The notes beneath the pieces are model-generated. The model saw only the letters and a program-made list of their open reading frames with translations, was not told the DNA's origin and did not search any database. The position numbers and the translations under genes were made by a program. Below, in pieces: positions 10,873 through 21,794 of a DNA stretch of 64,000 nt. Position 1 is the first letter of the stretch. The number at the start of each line of letters is the position of its first letter. The DNA is from a virus (Duplodnaviria > Caudoviricetes), in IMG/VR virus record IMGVR_UViG_2974624810_000001, positions 32,001 to 96,000 of that record. One strand, given 5' to 3'.

Positions 10873-11238
10873 ATGAGCATTAACAGCAATCAAATCATCA
10901 AGAAGCCTGATGTCGTCATCGACCCCAATTTCTTTCTTCCACCTGGGGTCGTTGATGCTCGTTACCCAAACGAGATTGAAGTCACCACTGAAGAAGTTAC
11001 GGATGTCGTAGACACAGACGACATTCTTGACGTTGAAGATGATGACGTAATTCTGGATGAACCAGAAGAGACCGGTGAAGATAATGACCCGGTAACTCTA
11101 TATCCTCCTGACACAGCAATTGTCGTCAGTCAGACGATTCGATTTGATGGCACAGGAAAGCAGGTAGTTGATGTGGTTCTGGAAGTGCCAGATGTAGACG
11201 AATCAATTCAGGTAGACGTTAGGATGACAAAGGCATGA
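10873..11238 (+). CDS. Acidic protein, probably tail-associated
   Basis: ORF in tail module; TATAAT 6 nt upstream of ATG. Confidence 0.65.
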   Translation: MSINSNQIIKKPDVVIDPNFFLPPGVVDARYPNEIEVTTEEVTDVVDTDDILDVEDDDVILDEPEETGEDNDPVTLYPPDTAIVVSQTIRFDGTGKQVVDVVLEVPDVDESIQVDVRMTKA

Positions 11239-12032
11239 TAACTACTCAGGGAAAGTCAGTAATCTTCAGATACCTAGCAGGTAACCTCCCTCGCATTGCG
11301 GAGTCAATTGCTCTCGGAATCGGTTCAACCGCCGAGAACGTAAATGACACCACATTGGTTTTCGAGGCAGACAGGGTGCCTGTTTCTTTGGTTTCTGCTG
11401 ATATTCTGAACGACAAGATTATCTTCAAGGGAACAATTCCACAAGAATACGTCGGCACCATCTATGAGGTTGGCCTGTGGTATGGAACTCCTCCACAGAC
11501 TTCTGGTGGCAGCACAATCATTGTCTCTTTCGATTCCGAAACAGAAGACTGGATTCCTGCCACGTGGAATACAGCGATTGCAAGAATTGGTACTGACGCC
11601 CTGCAAGTTGCTGGTGGAAGCAGCTCAACTCTGTCAGACATCGCCCTTGACCTGTCTGTCTATTCTGACGCAGACTTTATGTCATTGGCCTACAATGCTG
11701 ATGCAGCAATCAACAACATCGTCATCAGATTCAGCACAGACGCAACGAATTACTACGAATACAGCTTTGCCGCTGCTACAGGCTACGAAGTAAAGACAAT
11801 GGGTAAGACGGCATTCACAGCCACTGGAGCACCAGACTGGAGCAACGTCACTTCAATCACTGTTTCAGCGACCGGCACAGGTAATGTAGTTTTTGATGGC
11901 ATTAGAGCAGAAGACGCCGATACCATCAGCACCGACTATGCTCTTGTAGCAAGGTCAGTCCTCTCAACTCCAAAGGCAAAGACTGCGGATACTGAGATGG
12001 ACATTGAGTACGCATTGGAAATCACTATATGA
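11235..12032 (+). CDS. Minor tail protein
   Basis: MITTQG..IALGIG N-terminus like fibre-collar proteins; beta-rich. Confidence 0.7.
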   Translation: MITTQGKSVIFRYLAGNLPRIAESIALGIGSTAENVNDTTLVFEADRVPVSLVSADILNDKIIFKGTIPQEYVGTIYEVGLWYGTPPQTSGGSTIIVSFDSETEDWIPATWNTAIARIGTDALQVAGGSSSTLSDIALDLSVYSDADFMSLAYNADAAINNIVIRFSTDATNYYEYSFAAATGYEVKTMGKTAFTATGAPDWSNVTSITVSATGTGNVVFDGIRAEDADTISTDYALVARSVLSTPKAKTADTEMDIEYALEITI

Positions 12033-15000
12033 GAATTCTTCTAAGAGACCTGACACCAGGTACCGACTATAACATTCAGCTACGTGCGAATGATGGAACA
12101 AACGTCTCCGACTGGAGCCGCATCTTTCCGCTCACAACAATTCAGGACACGCTAGCTCCAGCAGCCCCAACGGGGCTTACTTGGGTTGTCAATAGAACTG
12201 CTTTCTCTGCAAAGTGGGATGCAGTTACCCAGAATGCAGATGCCAGCCCACTCGAAGACTTCTCCCACTACCTTGTCAAGATTCAAATTCCTGGTGGTTC
12301 ATACGTAACCATCAAAACTACAAATACATTCTACGACCTGGCATTCGAGACGAACAAGGCTCTGTTCGGAACCCCACAAGCAAGCCTTGAATGCACCGTT
12401 TATGCAGTTGACCTGACTGGAAATGTATCTGTTCCTTCAACGACCCTTACTGCTACAAACCCACCACCACCTGACCCAACTGGAGTAGTTGCGGCCGGTA
12501 TTGTGGGTGGCGTTAGCATGCGTTGGGATGTACAGGTAATCGATGACCTTGCAGCTTATGACGTATACATGAGCACATCAGGTTCAGGATTCACCCCAAC
12601 GACCGCAAACAGAATTTATAGCGGTACTGGAAATACAGTCGTATATGACAGTAGCTCTCTAGGCGTCGTGCATTACTTCAAGATTCGCTCTCGTGACGTA
12701 TTCGATAGCATTTCAAATTACGTCACTGTTTCAGCGACCCCAATTTCACCAACTGACGTTGACACAACTCCACCAGGTGTTCCTACAGGTCTCACAGCAT
12801 CAATGGATGTCGACACAAATGATTCTGCATTTGCAGTGGCTACTGTGTCCTGGACTGCTCCATCTGATACTGACCTTGCTGGATATGTCGTTCGTTACAA
12901 GCAGAATGCTGATGCAGGATATGACTATGTCAATGTGCCTGTTGGAACGACCTCAATCATCATTGGTGGTCTGACTGTAGGTGTTCAGTACAACTTTGGT
13001 GTGCAGTCTTATGACCGAAGCACCAATAGAAGCGCCTACACCACAAACGTAAACGCGACGGCAGCCAATACGGCTCCGTCTACTCCTGCTGCCCCAACTG
13101 CATCTGTCAATACATTGCAGATTCAGGTAAACCACGCATTGCAGAAGGCAACCTCTGGTCGCCTGGAAGCAGATGTTAGCTACCTTGAAGTACACCTGGG
13201 AACGACCTCTACGTTCACTGCAAGCGACTCCACAATGATTGGACAATTGCAGGTGGAGCCTGGTAGCACATTCGTTTCTGAAATTTTCCCAGTAGCCGTC
13301 ACAGACTCTACTCAGGCCCGTTGGGTTCGAGTCATTGCTGTTGACCGTGGAGGACTCAAGTCTTCTGCATCAGCCGTAGCTGCTGTGACTGTCGGTCTCA
13401 TTTCTGACACGAACATCGCCAATGCCACTATTACCTCAGCCAAGATTAACAATCTCGATGCAAACAAGATTACGGCCGGTACTGGTATTATCAATGCTTT
13501 GCTCATCAAGAACTCATTGACTGTCGACACTGGCGGTACCATCAAGAGCACTAATTACGCAGCAGGCTCAGCAGGATATCAGCTATCCAACAACACCCTT
13601 GAAATCAATGGTGGTACGATTCGTGCGGCTGCTCTGCTATTGCAGGACGCTCCAAATATTCTTCTTCCTCAGTACGCTGACTTTGAATTCCAGTCAACTT
13701 GGTACACAGGAAAGACAACCACCTTCAATGACGGTGGTACAACAACATGGGCAATTGCAACCGCTCCTGAAGTAACTCCTAAGTTCGGTACTCAGTGCCT
13801 CAAGCACACTTGGACTGGTGGAGGAACATTCTCACGAGTTTATCAGTCATCAACCTTCACGGATTACAACACAGTATGTGAACCAAATACGGATTACATT
13901 GCCTCTGTTTGGGTGCTGAATCTTACGGGCTCTGGAGACAAGGGTGTCGGCTTCGCTGTAAAGCTTGCTGACGGTACATTCTTGCAGCCTGGTGGAACTC
14001 CAACGGTTACTGCAAACAGTACGTGGACTCGTATTTCCGGAACGTTCAATACCGGAAACAACACCAGCTTCCTCACCTACATGAGCCTCTACAATACAGG
14101 AAGCGTATACTTCGATGGGTTGCAGGTTGAGCGAAAGCTAACAAGCTCAACGACTCCTTCTCCATGGAGAGCACCAAGCACCACCTCTATTGATGGTGGA
14201 ATTATCCGTACTGGTGAAATTCGCTCTACCGCTCTGGCAAATGGTCTATCTGGTCAGCCAGCATGGTCAATTAACTTGACTGGTGGAGCGCAATTTGGTG
14301 ACGCTACAGTTCGAGGACGTATTGTCGTTGGTGACCCGAGCAACCCATCTGCTGATGGTGTAAACAGCCGAATTCATTCATCCAACTATGTGGCCGGTAC
14401 CACAGGATGGATTATTCGTAATGACGGTTATGCCGAGTTCCGTAATCTTGCTGTCAACTCAATCAAGGTAACCGCTCTTGACGCGCCTATGCAGAATAAC
14501 ACATACGCAAAGCTGTTCGACTATATGCAGGATGGCTCCCTATGGCTTACAAGCGGCTCTGTTTTGCAGAAGACCGACCCAGGTGCTTATTCTGCTGAAT
14601 CTCTGTTCGAGTTCACAGGTTCTGGCCTGGTTTTGAGAAACGCGACCGGTGTTACGAAGGTTGCTTACGACCCAACCATTCTGTACCGTATCTCAGCACG
14701 TATCCGTGCGTATGCTGTAGCTACCCTGAACGCTAACCCAGGCTTTGAAACAAACACGACTGGATGGTTCGCCTATGGTACAAACAGCATTACCAGAGAC
14801 ACCACCAAGCAGTTCACTGGAACTGCTTCTGTTCGATGGGACCAGGTTGGTGCCTCAAATGGTGTCTATGGAATGGGTACCGTTGTCAACGTAAAGCCAG
14901 GATACACCTACACATTCTCAGCTCGAATGCTTCCAAACAGCACCGTCATCCGAGACAATCTCAAGATGAACATTGTCTGGAAGGATGCTGCCAATGCAAC

Positions 15001-18000
15001 AATCAGTACAACCTTCAATGACATGCCACCTCCAGTAGATGCGAATGGTACTGTGATTCCTATTGACGGAACTACATGGTCACAATTCTCTTCTACTGGT
15101 ACTGCACCTGCTGGCGCTGTAACCGCCAGCTTTGAAATTCAGGCCGGTATTTCAGGTAGCCCTGTTGCTGGTATTCAAGGATGGTTTGATGATGTAACTA
15201 TCACCACTCCACCTAGAATCAAGGTGGGTCTATTCGGATTCGACAACAGCAATAACATCATTGACTGGGATTACGTTGATGACGCAACTACACCTACAAA
15301 GAAGCACCCAATGCCAACTGACTACAGTCTTCTTTCTGGATATGCAGCCAATCAGTACATGATGGTTCAAAACAATTCAGAAGTGCAGATTGCGACCGGT
15401 AGCTCAGCGACAACTGCTGACTGGATTACCGTAACTGGTTATGTTCGTGGTCGTGGTGGTTCTGGAAGCACTGGTACGTATGGTACTCAGGGCGAGCATC
15501 AGGACGCCTATAGCCCAGCGTCATTGAACCAGTCCGTTCGTTATCTTGTTCCTTATGTTGAATGGGATATTGCAACAGGTTCAGTGGCTCAGCTTGACCA
15601 GTTCTCCATTGAGGCATATGAAAATGGTGCTCCACAGAAGGTTGCAACACAAGGTGGGGATGGTCAGAAGGCTGTCTCTGTAGAAAGCATTCAGGGTTCA
15701 ATCTTTGACCACGCAATTAGATTCTACAGTGGTGAAGCAGACGAGCAGTATCCTGGAATGATTGGTCACGTCATGGACGGTGACTGGAACGATGCTTCTC
15801 ATATCAGAATTGCTCCACCTCTCATCAACAAGAGTTCCGATTACGGAAGTGTATTCATTGGTGTTTACGACCGTAATCCAAACTACATCTACGACGCCAC
15901 ATTCGAAGATGGCATTACTGGATGGACTGGAATGGCGAACACTACGCTTTCTCAGGAGACAACTGTTGGTAGAGAAGATACGAACTCATTGAAGATTCTG
16001 GCAACTGGTACGATTTCAAGCCCGGCAACCACAGAGCTTCTTGGTAAGTACTCAGTATCAACTCTTACAAACCAAGAACTCATTGGTAAGCAGGTAACTG
16101 TTACTGGTTATGCAATGATGGGAACTGCGACCGGTAGAAATGTGCGCCTTGTTGTCAAGTTCCTTGACGAAGCTGGAGCAATGATTAATGGATACTTCAT
16201 CGAAAAGGCAGTAACCAATGCTGCTTGGGTGGACTTCTCATTCATCTCTCCAATCGTCATTCCTGACACATGCTACACCGTTGAATTCTCATTCTCATGG
16301 TTCAATGGAGCAACTGGTGACATTGTTTACGTTGACGACGTCCAGCTTGAAATGGGTACAAGAACAGATTTCCGTACGGCATCTGCGAGCAGGGTTGTTC
16401 TTCAGTCTGATGTTGTTCGAAGCAATGGAAGCATCATCATTTCAAGGTCTGACCTTGACTTGCCAGACAATGTCTGGGGCTCAACTTCAGGTGGACGCAG
16501 AGATACACCATTCTATCCTAGTCTGATTCTTCAGTCTGAAGGTGGAACTGGTGGATTCCGTTATGTCAACTACACAGACTCTGCTGGTAACCGAGCATCT
16601 ACTCAGTTTACAAACTTCTCACCGGCTGGTGCAGAAGAGGCTGCATTCCGTATCTATGGAATGAATGATGCTTCATTCCCAGGTAGAATTGCCATCACGA
16701 ATGCTACCGGTCAGTTTGTTGCGTCTTCTTATGCTAATGCAGACGAAGATATGACGACAGCTCGTAACCTTCGTGTCTACGGCCACCTTGACGTTGAAGG
16801 AAGTCCTCCTTGGGCCGCAGCGACATTGCTTAATGGTACAACCGCTGTTTCAGGTGCATTCACTCCTTCATATGTCTTGAACAACGGTACAACATATCTT
16901 CGTGGTGCTGTAGCAGGATGGACCAAGGGTTCTGCTACTCCAATCATGACTCTTCCATCAGGACTAAGACCATCAAAGACTGTATACCTGTCAACAGTTT
17001 CATATACAACTACTTCCGACGCTCAGGCAACGGTATTGGTTGTAAACTCTGCTGGTAACGTTTATGTATACTCTGCGGTGGCCACAAAGACCAACGTAAT
17101 GCTAGACGGTCTGTCATTCTCTGTTGCTCCAGACACATATGTCACTCCTCCTAGTGGTGATACGACTGCGCCTGGAACTCCAACTGGATTCAAGATTACA
17201 CCACTATCCTCAAGTACCACAACTGGTACTTATCGTCTGAACTGGACTAACCCTTCAGCATCAGACACGGCTGGTGTAAAGGTCATCTGGAGAAGCGACA
17301 GATATCCTACTGTAACGATTGCGGCTTCTGGCACTAAGACTCTTACCACAGATGGTAAAATCATTACTGTAACAGGCGGTGCAAGCGCTGCAAAGCAGTA
17401 CGACCACTCAGGTCTACCAGTGAACAAGACCATTTACTACCGAGTCGTTTCCTACGATACAAGCGGAAACCACTCAACATATGTGTCAGCCTCACGATAC
17501 TTGCTAGCATCTCCAGTCACAGTTACTGCCAATTCCTCTGACTCATACCGTCTTGGATATGGTGGTATGTGGAGAAACGACGGTGACGAAGTTTACCAGG
17601 GTGACTGGACCGGAAATGACAATCACCGAGGAATGTATTTCTATGGAACCAAGATTTACGATGCACTGAATGCGGGCGGCGTTGTAAGAACTCCTACAAA
17701 GGCAACTATTTACCTCAAGAGACTAAGCACCTCTCATGGTAACAACACTGGAGTAGGAATTAATCTGAGAGGCCATATCTACCAGACTAAGCCATCTGGT
17801 GACCCTGTTGGTGGTATGACAAATGAAGGTTCTGATGGAGATGATATTGTATTCCTATCAAGAGGAGAGGCGGCAACAGTAACAATTCCATCAAGTTGGT
17901 ATAACAATATTGTGGATTCAACTGCTGCAAACCGAATCGAAGGCTTCGGTGTTTACGGTAGCACATCCAGTGACTACGCAGTTATGTATGGAACCAGTTC

Positions 18001-18043
18001 AGGTTCTTCTTATGGAAAGATTACGCTCTACCACAAGGGCTGA
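12029..18043 (+). CDS. Tail fibre / receptor-binding protein with FN3 and carbohydrate-binding-like domains
   Basis: 2004 aa; DTxxPxxPTG FN3 starts; three N..FE..xW...xDxxQxE CBM4/9-like modules. Confidence 0.85.
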   Translation: MRILLRDLTPGTDYNIQLRANDGTNVSDWSRIFPLTTIQDTLAPAAPTGLTWVVNRTAFSAKWDAVTQNADASPLEDFSHYLVKIQIPGGSYVTIKTTNTFYDLAFETNKALFGTPQASLECTVYAVDLTGNVSVPSTTLTATNPPPPDPTGVVAAGIVGGVSMRWDVQVIDDLAAYDVYMSTSGSGFTPTTANRIYSGTGNTVVYDSSSLGVVHYFKIRSRDVFDSISNYVTVSATPISPTDVDTTPPGVPTGLTASMDVDTNDSAFAVATVSWTAPSDTDLAGYVVRYKQNADAGYDYVNVPVGTTSIIIGGLTVGVQYNFGVQSYDRSTNRSAYTTNVNATAANTAPSTPAAPTASVNTLQIQVNHALQKATSGRLEADVSYLEVHLGTTSTFTASDSTMIGQLQVEPGSTFVSEIFPVAVTDSTQARWVRVIAVDRGGLKSSASAVAAVTVGLISDTNIANATITSAKINNLDANKITAGTGIINALLIKNSLTVDTGGTIKSTNYAAGSAGYQLSNNTLEINGGTIRAAALLLQDAPNILLPQYADFEFQSTWYTGKTTTFNDGGTTTWAIATAPEVTPKFGTQCLKHTWTGGGTFSRVYQSSTFTDYNTVCEPNTDYIASVWVLNLTGSGDKGVGFAVKLADGTFLQPGGTPTVTANSTWTRISGTFNTGNNTSFLTYMSLYNTGSVYFDGLQVERKLTSSTTPSPWRAPSTTSIDGGIIRTGEIRSTALANGLSGQPAWSINLTGGAQFGDATVRGRIVVGDPSNPSADGVNSRIHSSNYVAGTTGWIIRNDGYAEFRNLAVNSIKVTALDAPMQNNTYAKLFDYMQDGSLWLTSGSVLQKTDPGAYSAESLFEFTGSGLVLRNATGVTKVAYDPTILYRISARIRAYAVATLNANPGFETNTTGWFAYGTNSITRDTTKQFTGTASVRWDQVGASNGVYGMGTVVNVKPGYTYTFSARMLPNSTVIRDNLKMNIVWKDAANATISTTFNDMPPPVDANGTVIPIDGTTWSQFSSTGTAPAGAVTASFEIQAGISGSPVAGIQGWFDDVTITTPPRIKVGLFGFDNSNNIIDWDYVDDATTPTKKHPMPTDYSLLSGYAANQYMMVQNNSEVQIATGSSATTADWITVTGYVRGRGGSGSTGTYGTQGEHQDAYSPASLNQSVRYLVPYVEWDIATGSVAQLDQFSIEAYENGAPQKVATQGGDGQKAVSVESIQGSIFDHAIRFYSGEADEQYPGMIGHVMDGDWNDASHIRIAPPLINKSSDYGSVFIGVYDRNPNYIYDATFEDGITGWTGMANTTLSQETTVGREDTNSLKILATGTISSPATTELLGKYSVSTLTNQELIGKQVTVTGYAMMGTATGRNVRLVVKFLDEAGAMINGYFIEKAVTNAAWVDFSFISPIVIPDTCYTVEFSFSWFNGATGDIVYVDDVQLEMGTRTDFRTASASRVVLQSDVVRSNGSIIISRSDLDLPDNVWGSTSGGRRDTPFYPSLILQSEGGTGGFRYVNYTDSAGNRASTQFTNFSPAGAEEAAFRIYGMNDASFPGRIAITNATGQFVASSYANADEDMTTARNLRVYGHLDVEGSPPWAAATLLNGTTAVSGAFTPSYVLNNGTTYLRGAVAGWTKGSATPIMTLPSGLRPSKTVYLSTVSYTTTSDAQATVLVVNSAGNVYVYSAVATKTNVMLDGLSFSVAPDTYVTPPSGDTTAPGTPTGFKITPLSSSTTTGTYRLNWTNPSASDTAGVKVIWRSDRYPTVTIAASGTKTLTTDGKIITVTGGASAAKQYDHSGLPVNKTIYYRVVSYDTSGNHSTYVSASRYLLASPVTVTANSSDSYRLGYGGMWRNDGDEVYQGDWTGNDNHRGMYFYGTKIYDALNAGGVVRTPTKATIYLKRLSTSHGNNTGVGINLRGHIYQTKPSGDPVGGMTNEGSDGDDIVFLSRGEAATVTIPSSWYNNIVDSTAANRIEGFGVYGSTSSDYAVMYGTSSGSSYGKITLYHKG

Positions 18044-18051
18044 CCTTGAGC

Positions 18052-18080
18052 TTGACAGGTCAGCCTCGGTAGGCTAGAGT
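18052..18080 (+). promoter_or_regulatory. Housekeeping-sigma promoter
   Basis: TTGACA-N17-TAGAGT. Confidence 0.75.
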
Positions 18081-18118
18081 AAGATTACACTAGAGAAAAG
18101 AAAGAGAAATATAAATAA

Positions 18119-18349
18119 ATGAATCACAAAGATACTCTAAAAGTAATGGCTCTTAGAGAAAGAATAGCTGAACTTACTGCTGGATATGAAGACAAGATTG
18201 CAGACATTCGTGCCGACTTCACCCTTGCAGTAGAAGAACTTCAAGGGCAGGTAAAGAGGCTCGAAGACGAAAGTCAGCTTCTCAAGGATGCCAACGCTAG
18301 CTATCTTGAAAGGCTTGAAGGCAATGTGGTGGCGACGGAAGAAGGCTAA
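18119..18349 (+). CDS. Coiled-coil hypothetical protein
   Basis: ORF downstream of promoter. Confidence 0.65.
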   Translation: MNHKDTLKVMALRERIAELTAGYEDKIADIRADFTLAVEELQGQVKRLEDESQLLKDANASYLERLEGNVVATEEG

Positions 18350-18770
18350 GCCACTGCCTCCAGTACCCACAGTCCCTGTAGAATATCCTACGGGGACTTG
18401 CGTACAGACGGAGAAGGGAGTGTTCTTCATCAAGGGCAAGTTCAGATTCAGAGTCACATCTGACAGAATCTTGTCTAGCTGGAGATACCCGTTCGTGATT
18501 CGCTCCTCAGAAGAGGCTTGCGCAAAGTATCAAGTGGGTGGTAAGCTCGGATTCCGCCAAGGAACTTTGGTTAAGGATATGTCCAATGGTAAAATATATC
18601 TGATATCAGAGAACCTTCGCAGACAAGTAGTTTCGCCAGATTTCTTTGATGTCATGCTATTCCCTCGTGATGCAGTGATTGAAGCATCTCCAGAGGAGAT
18701 AGCCCTACACAAGGAAGGAGCGAACATAACTTGGCAATCACCCCCTACAAGCCTACGAGCTGGTCAATAG
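18324..18770 (+). CDS. Hypothetical protein with two internal repeats
   Basis: GT.V....G..(F/Y).I repeated twice; start moved to ATG 18324. Confidence 0.65.
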   Translation: MWWRRKKAKPLPPVPTVPVEYPTGTCVQTEKGVFFIKGKFRFRVTSDRILSSWRYPFVIRSSEEACAKYQVGGKLGFRQGTLVKDMSNGKIYLISENLRRQVVSPDFFDVMLFPRDAVIEASPEEIALHKEGANITWQSPPTSLRAGQ

Positions 18771-19171
18771 GCGAGCAGATTACTCGTGAAAAGCTGAATC
18801 AGATGACTGCTAATGACCAGTGGATTTTTGAGAATCAGCCTAACGCATTCTACAATGCGCATGGAATCAAGAAGACATCTGGTCTGAAGATTATGGCTGG
18901 CTATGTTTACATCAAGGGCGGAAAGGCCCGGCACTATGAGAAGGCCGTTTATTTTGGTAACTTCTTCTCAGTAGGATGTAAGCCAGTCATTGTAACAGGG
19001 CAGGTCATTCAGAAGCAGTCTCGAATCCACTGTGTCATCAGAGGACTCACGGGAGAATACTGGCCAGACCACAGAGGCTTCACTGCTGTGGTAGACTCAG
19101 ACGAGCTTAGCTCAAAGAAGAACTATTTTCACTATGGCGTGAACGTTCAGTTCATTGCTGTTGGGTACTAA
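18731..19171 (+). CDS. Hypothetical protein (possible virion protein)
   Basis: AGGAAGGAG RBS, TTG start; W..GE.IT..KLN motif common in tail proteins. Confidence 0.65.
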   Translation: MAITPYKPTSWSIGEQITREKLNQMTANDQWIFENQPNAFYNAHGIKKTSGLKIMAGYVYIKGGKARHYEKAVYFGNFFSVGCKPVIVTGQVIQKQSRIHCVIRGLTGEYWPDHRGFTAVVDSDELSSKKNYFHYGVNVQFIAVGY

Positions 19172-19455
19172 TGTACAGACCTATCCGAAACTGGCATAAC
19201 CGAAAGCGAATGCTCTCATCCGAAGGATACGTGCTGGTTTTTGCACCAGAACACCCTAAGAGCTTCAATGGAGGTTGGTACTATGAACATCGGATGGTCT
19301 TCGAGGCCCGACTAGGCAGATTGCTCAACAGCGATGAAACTGTTCATCACATCGGTGTGAAGACTGACAATACTCGGAAGAACTTGTTTCTGTGTACGTG
19401 GGCAGAACATGAGCGACTGAATCGACAGGAGCACATGGCCTTGACACACCGTTAG
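19171..19455 (+). CDS. HNH endonuclease
   Basis: EHRMV..LGR.L...ETVHH...K.DN...NL. Confidence 0.85.
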   Translation: MYRPIRNWHNRKRMLSSEGYVLVFAPEHPKSFNGGWYYEHRMVFEARLGRLLNSDETVHHIGVKTDNTRKNLFLCTWAEHERLNRQEHMALTHR

Positions 19456-19498
19456 AGGCTGTGTTAGGCTCGTCAGTACGACAACGAAAGGAACAAGC

Positions 19499-20254
19499 AT
19501 GTCCGACATGACATGGCTGTTTGTGTCTGATGTTCATTTCCCGAATCATGACAGGCGTATGCTTGACTTGTGGTTTGAGGTGATGAAATATCTCAAGCCT
19601 GGTGCCGTTGACCTGCTTGGTGATATTGATGATGCAGATGGCACGGGCCGGTGGGCAGAAGGAACTTCACGAGAAGGATTCTCCCAGAACGACCCTGGTG
19701 TTACAGGTACACGAGACTTCCTTGCGGAGATTCATTCCAAGGCACCCAAGGCTGACAAGCACTTCTTCGATGGCAATCATGGTTGGCATCGTCATGTGAA
19801 GTGGCTGGACAAGAACAATCCTCAGTCTCTTGAAGACGGACTGTATACTCCAGAAAGCATCTATGGCGTGGCTGCGAATGGATTCGTATGGCACAATTAT
19901 CTGGAGCGGCCAACCAAGCGATACGGTGACATTTATGCTCACCATGGCGTCAGCATTTCTCAGTATTCTGCTGAGTCAGTGCGTAACGATGTCAAGAAGT
20001 TTGAGGTCTCTCTGATTCGTGGACACTCTCACCGACAGGGATACTACGCCCATACTGCTCCATTGGAAGACCGTACAGTTCGTGGCTGGGAAATCGGTCA
20101 CATGTGCGTCCCAACTGGACAGGATTATGACCTGTCACCAGACTGGCAGGCAGGATTTGCCTATGGTGTAGTCTCTGGAGACGAAGTCTTTATCGACCTC
20201 GTTCCTGTAATGAATTACCGATGCAATATCGGAACAAAGGTATTCAGCGGATAA
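19499..20254 (+). CDS. Metallophosphoesterase (calcineurin-like)
   Basis: SDVH, GDIDD, GNH, HG, GHSH motifs; own promoter 19441-19470. Confidence 0.85.
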   Translation: MSDMTWLFVSDVHFPNHDRRMLDLWFEVMKYLKPGAVDLLGDIDDADGTGRWAEGTSREGFSQNDPGVTGTRDFLAEIHSKAPKADKHFFDGNHGWHRHVKWLDKNNPQSLEDGLYTPESIYGVAANGFVWHNYLERPTKRYGDIYAHHGVSISQYSAESVRNDVKKFEVSLIRGHSHRQGYYAHTAPLEDRTVRGWEIGHMCVPTGQDYDLSPDWQAGFAYGVVSGDEVFIDLVPVMNYRCNIGTKVFSG

Positions 20255-20305
20255 AGATAAGACCTCCCATGCTATAATGAAAGAAAAAGCAAGGGAGGTT
20301 AAGTC

Positions 20306-20557
20306 TTGAGAACTAGCAAGTTCTGGAAGGATGCATTTGAAAGGGCAGTAAAGACATTTGCCCAGTCTGCTGTTGCTATCCTTGCCCTGTCCACAGGTCT
20401 TATTGATGTAAGCTGGATTGAAGCTGCATCTACTGCTGGACTGGCTGCACTGGTTTCTCTTCTAACATCCATCGGTTCTTCCGGTGTGGGTGATAAGGAG
20501 AGCGCATCCCTTGTTGTCGCAACAAAGGATGAGGTACCAACAGTTGACACATACTAA
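20306..20557 (+). CDS. Holin (r1t-like)
   Basis: FWKDAFERAVKTFAQ..A.L.SLLTSI signature; two TM segments. Confidence 0.85.
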   Translation: MRTSKFWKDAFERAVKTFAQSAVAILALSTGLIDVSWIEAASTAGLAALVSLLTSIGSSGVGDKESASLVVATKDEVPTVDTY

Positions 20558-20723
20558 GTGTGGTGGTCGAGTATTCATTGACAGAGTCTTTTCAGATAAG
20601 ACTCATCTAGAACTGGCATGCATTGAGTGCGGTGCCAGATGGATGCTTGACAAAGCCAAGAATAAGCTTGCCCAGTGGCTGGTTGCCAGAGAGAAGAATC
20701 ACTCTGCCCAGTTTGCTCGGTGA
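20544..20723 (+). CDS. Small zinc-ribbon protein
   Basis: HxxC..CxxC; probable TTG start after GAGG. Confidence 0.6.
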   Translation: MTHTKCGGRVFIDRVFSDKTHLELACIECGARWMLDKAKNKLAQWLVAREKNHSAQFAR

Positions 20724-20800
20724 AGGACAAGGATGCTATACTCGACATAGCGCTCCCCTGCGTACGCAAGTGCGCAGGGGACATTATTGTTTGGAGACCA

Positions 20801-21316
20801 ATGGGAAAAGAAAAGAAGCAGAAGGCAAAGCCTATGCGCAAATTCTTCTTTCTCGATGGCGTGCCTCACAAGAAACTGCAAATTAATCGTGGAGCAGACA
20901 CTCTGCTCGCATGGAACTTCATTGAGCACAAGAGAGTCCAATACGTTTGGTCTGTAGCAAAGAGAAATATGCAGAAAGCATTCTATGGCGCTGACGTTCA
21001 GAAAATGCTCGGCAGGCATAGAAACAGTCTTTATCTATACACCAAAGAAGGGCTCATCAGAAAGCCTTTCAGAACGTATACTCTTGATGGAGAGTCCCGA
21101 CCAGGAATCTATCTATGGTCTGAGAAGGATGTCCTTGACCTTCATGAGCTTCTTGTAGAAAGAGGCTATGGAGCAAAAAGAAAAGACGGCTTGCCTACAG
21201 CAACACGCCTTCCTTCCAGAACGGAGCTACTTGCCATGATGCGCAACGATGTGGTTCTATACACGAAGAACAAGAACGGCGACTTTACGCCGGTCTGGCA
21301 AGAGAATGATTGGTAG
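20801..21316 (+). CDS. HTH DNA-binding protein (MerR/excisionase-like)
   Basis: DVQKMLGRHRNSLY.Y.KEG.I..P pattern; start at ATG 20801 after GGAG. Confidence 0.65.
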   Translation: MGKEKKQKAKPMRKFFFLDGVPHKKLQINRGADTLLAWNFIEHKRVQYVWSVAKRNMQKAFYGADVQKMLGRHRNSLYLYTKEGLIRKPFRTYTLDGESRPGIYLWSEKDVLDLHELLVERGYGAKRKDGLPTATRLPSRTELLAMMRNDVVLYTKNKNGDFTPVWQENDW

Positions 21317-21322
21317 GTCTAC

Positions 21323-21619
21323 ATGGCCCAGGCAAAGTATACTCCTTTTGGAGATACACTAAATCCAGCTATTGCAATTATCCAGGCTGCAACCGCTCTG
21401 GATGTTGCAGCACGATTTGCTGTAGAAACCAAGGACCCTAGAGCACTCATTGATGTTGCTCGGTCCTGGGTTGAAATCAGTGGTCGGCTAGGGTACGATG
21501 ACGAAGAAGAGGACGACGCCACTGATGAGAAAGAGGAACGTCCTTCATTTTCAATTGGTTTCTCAGTGACAAGCGACATTGATGAGGAGGTAGAAAGTGT
21601 CACAGACAGTGAGTGCTGA
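21323..21619 (+). CDS. Hypothetical protein
   Basis: ORF in tightly packed operon. Confidence 0.65.
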   Translation: MAQAKYTPFGDTLNPAIAIIQAATALDVAARFAVETKDPRALIDVARSWVEISGRLGYDDEEEDDATDEKEERPSFSIGFSVTSDIDEEVESVTDSEC

Positions 21620-21794
21620 GATTGGATATACAAAGAATCTCGGCAACTTCCAGAGCGTCAAGGTGAGCGTAGGATTGCAGGATTACGTTCGCAATGGCGA
21701 GACTTTTGACGAGGCTTATGCAAGAATCTTCAAGAAGATTGAAGATAAGTTGGCTGAGAAGGTTGCTGAAGCAGTAGAGGCGCTTGGAGGGTAA
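21597..21794 (+). CDS. Hypothetical protein
   Basis: GAGGAGG RBS; YTKNLGNFQS.K motif seen in phage replication regions. Confidence 0.7.
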   Translation: MSQTVSAEIGYTKNLGNFQSVKVSVGLQDYVRNGETFDEAYARIFKKIEDKLAEKVAEAVEALGG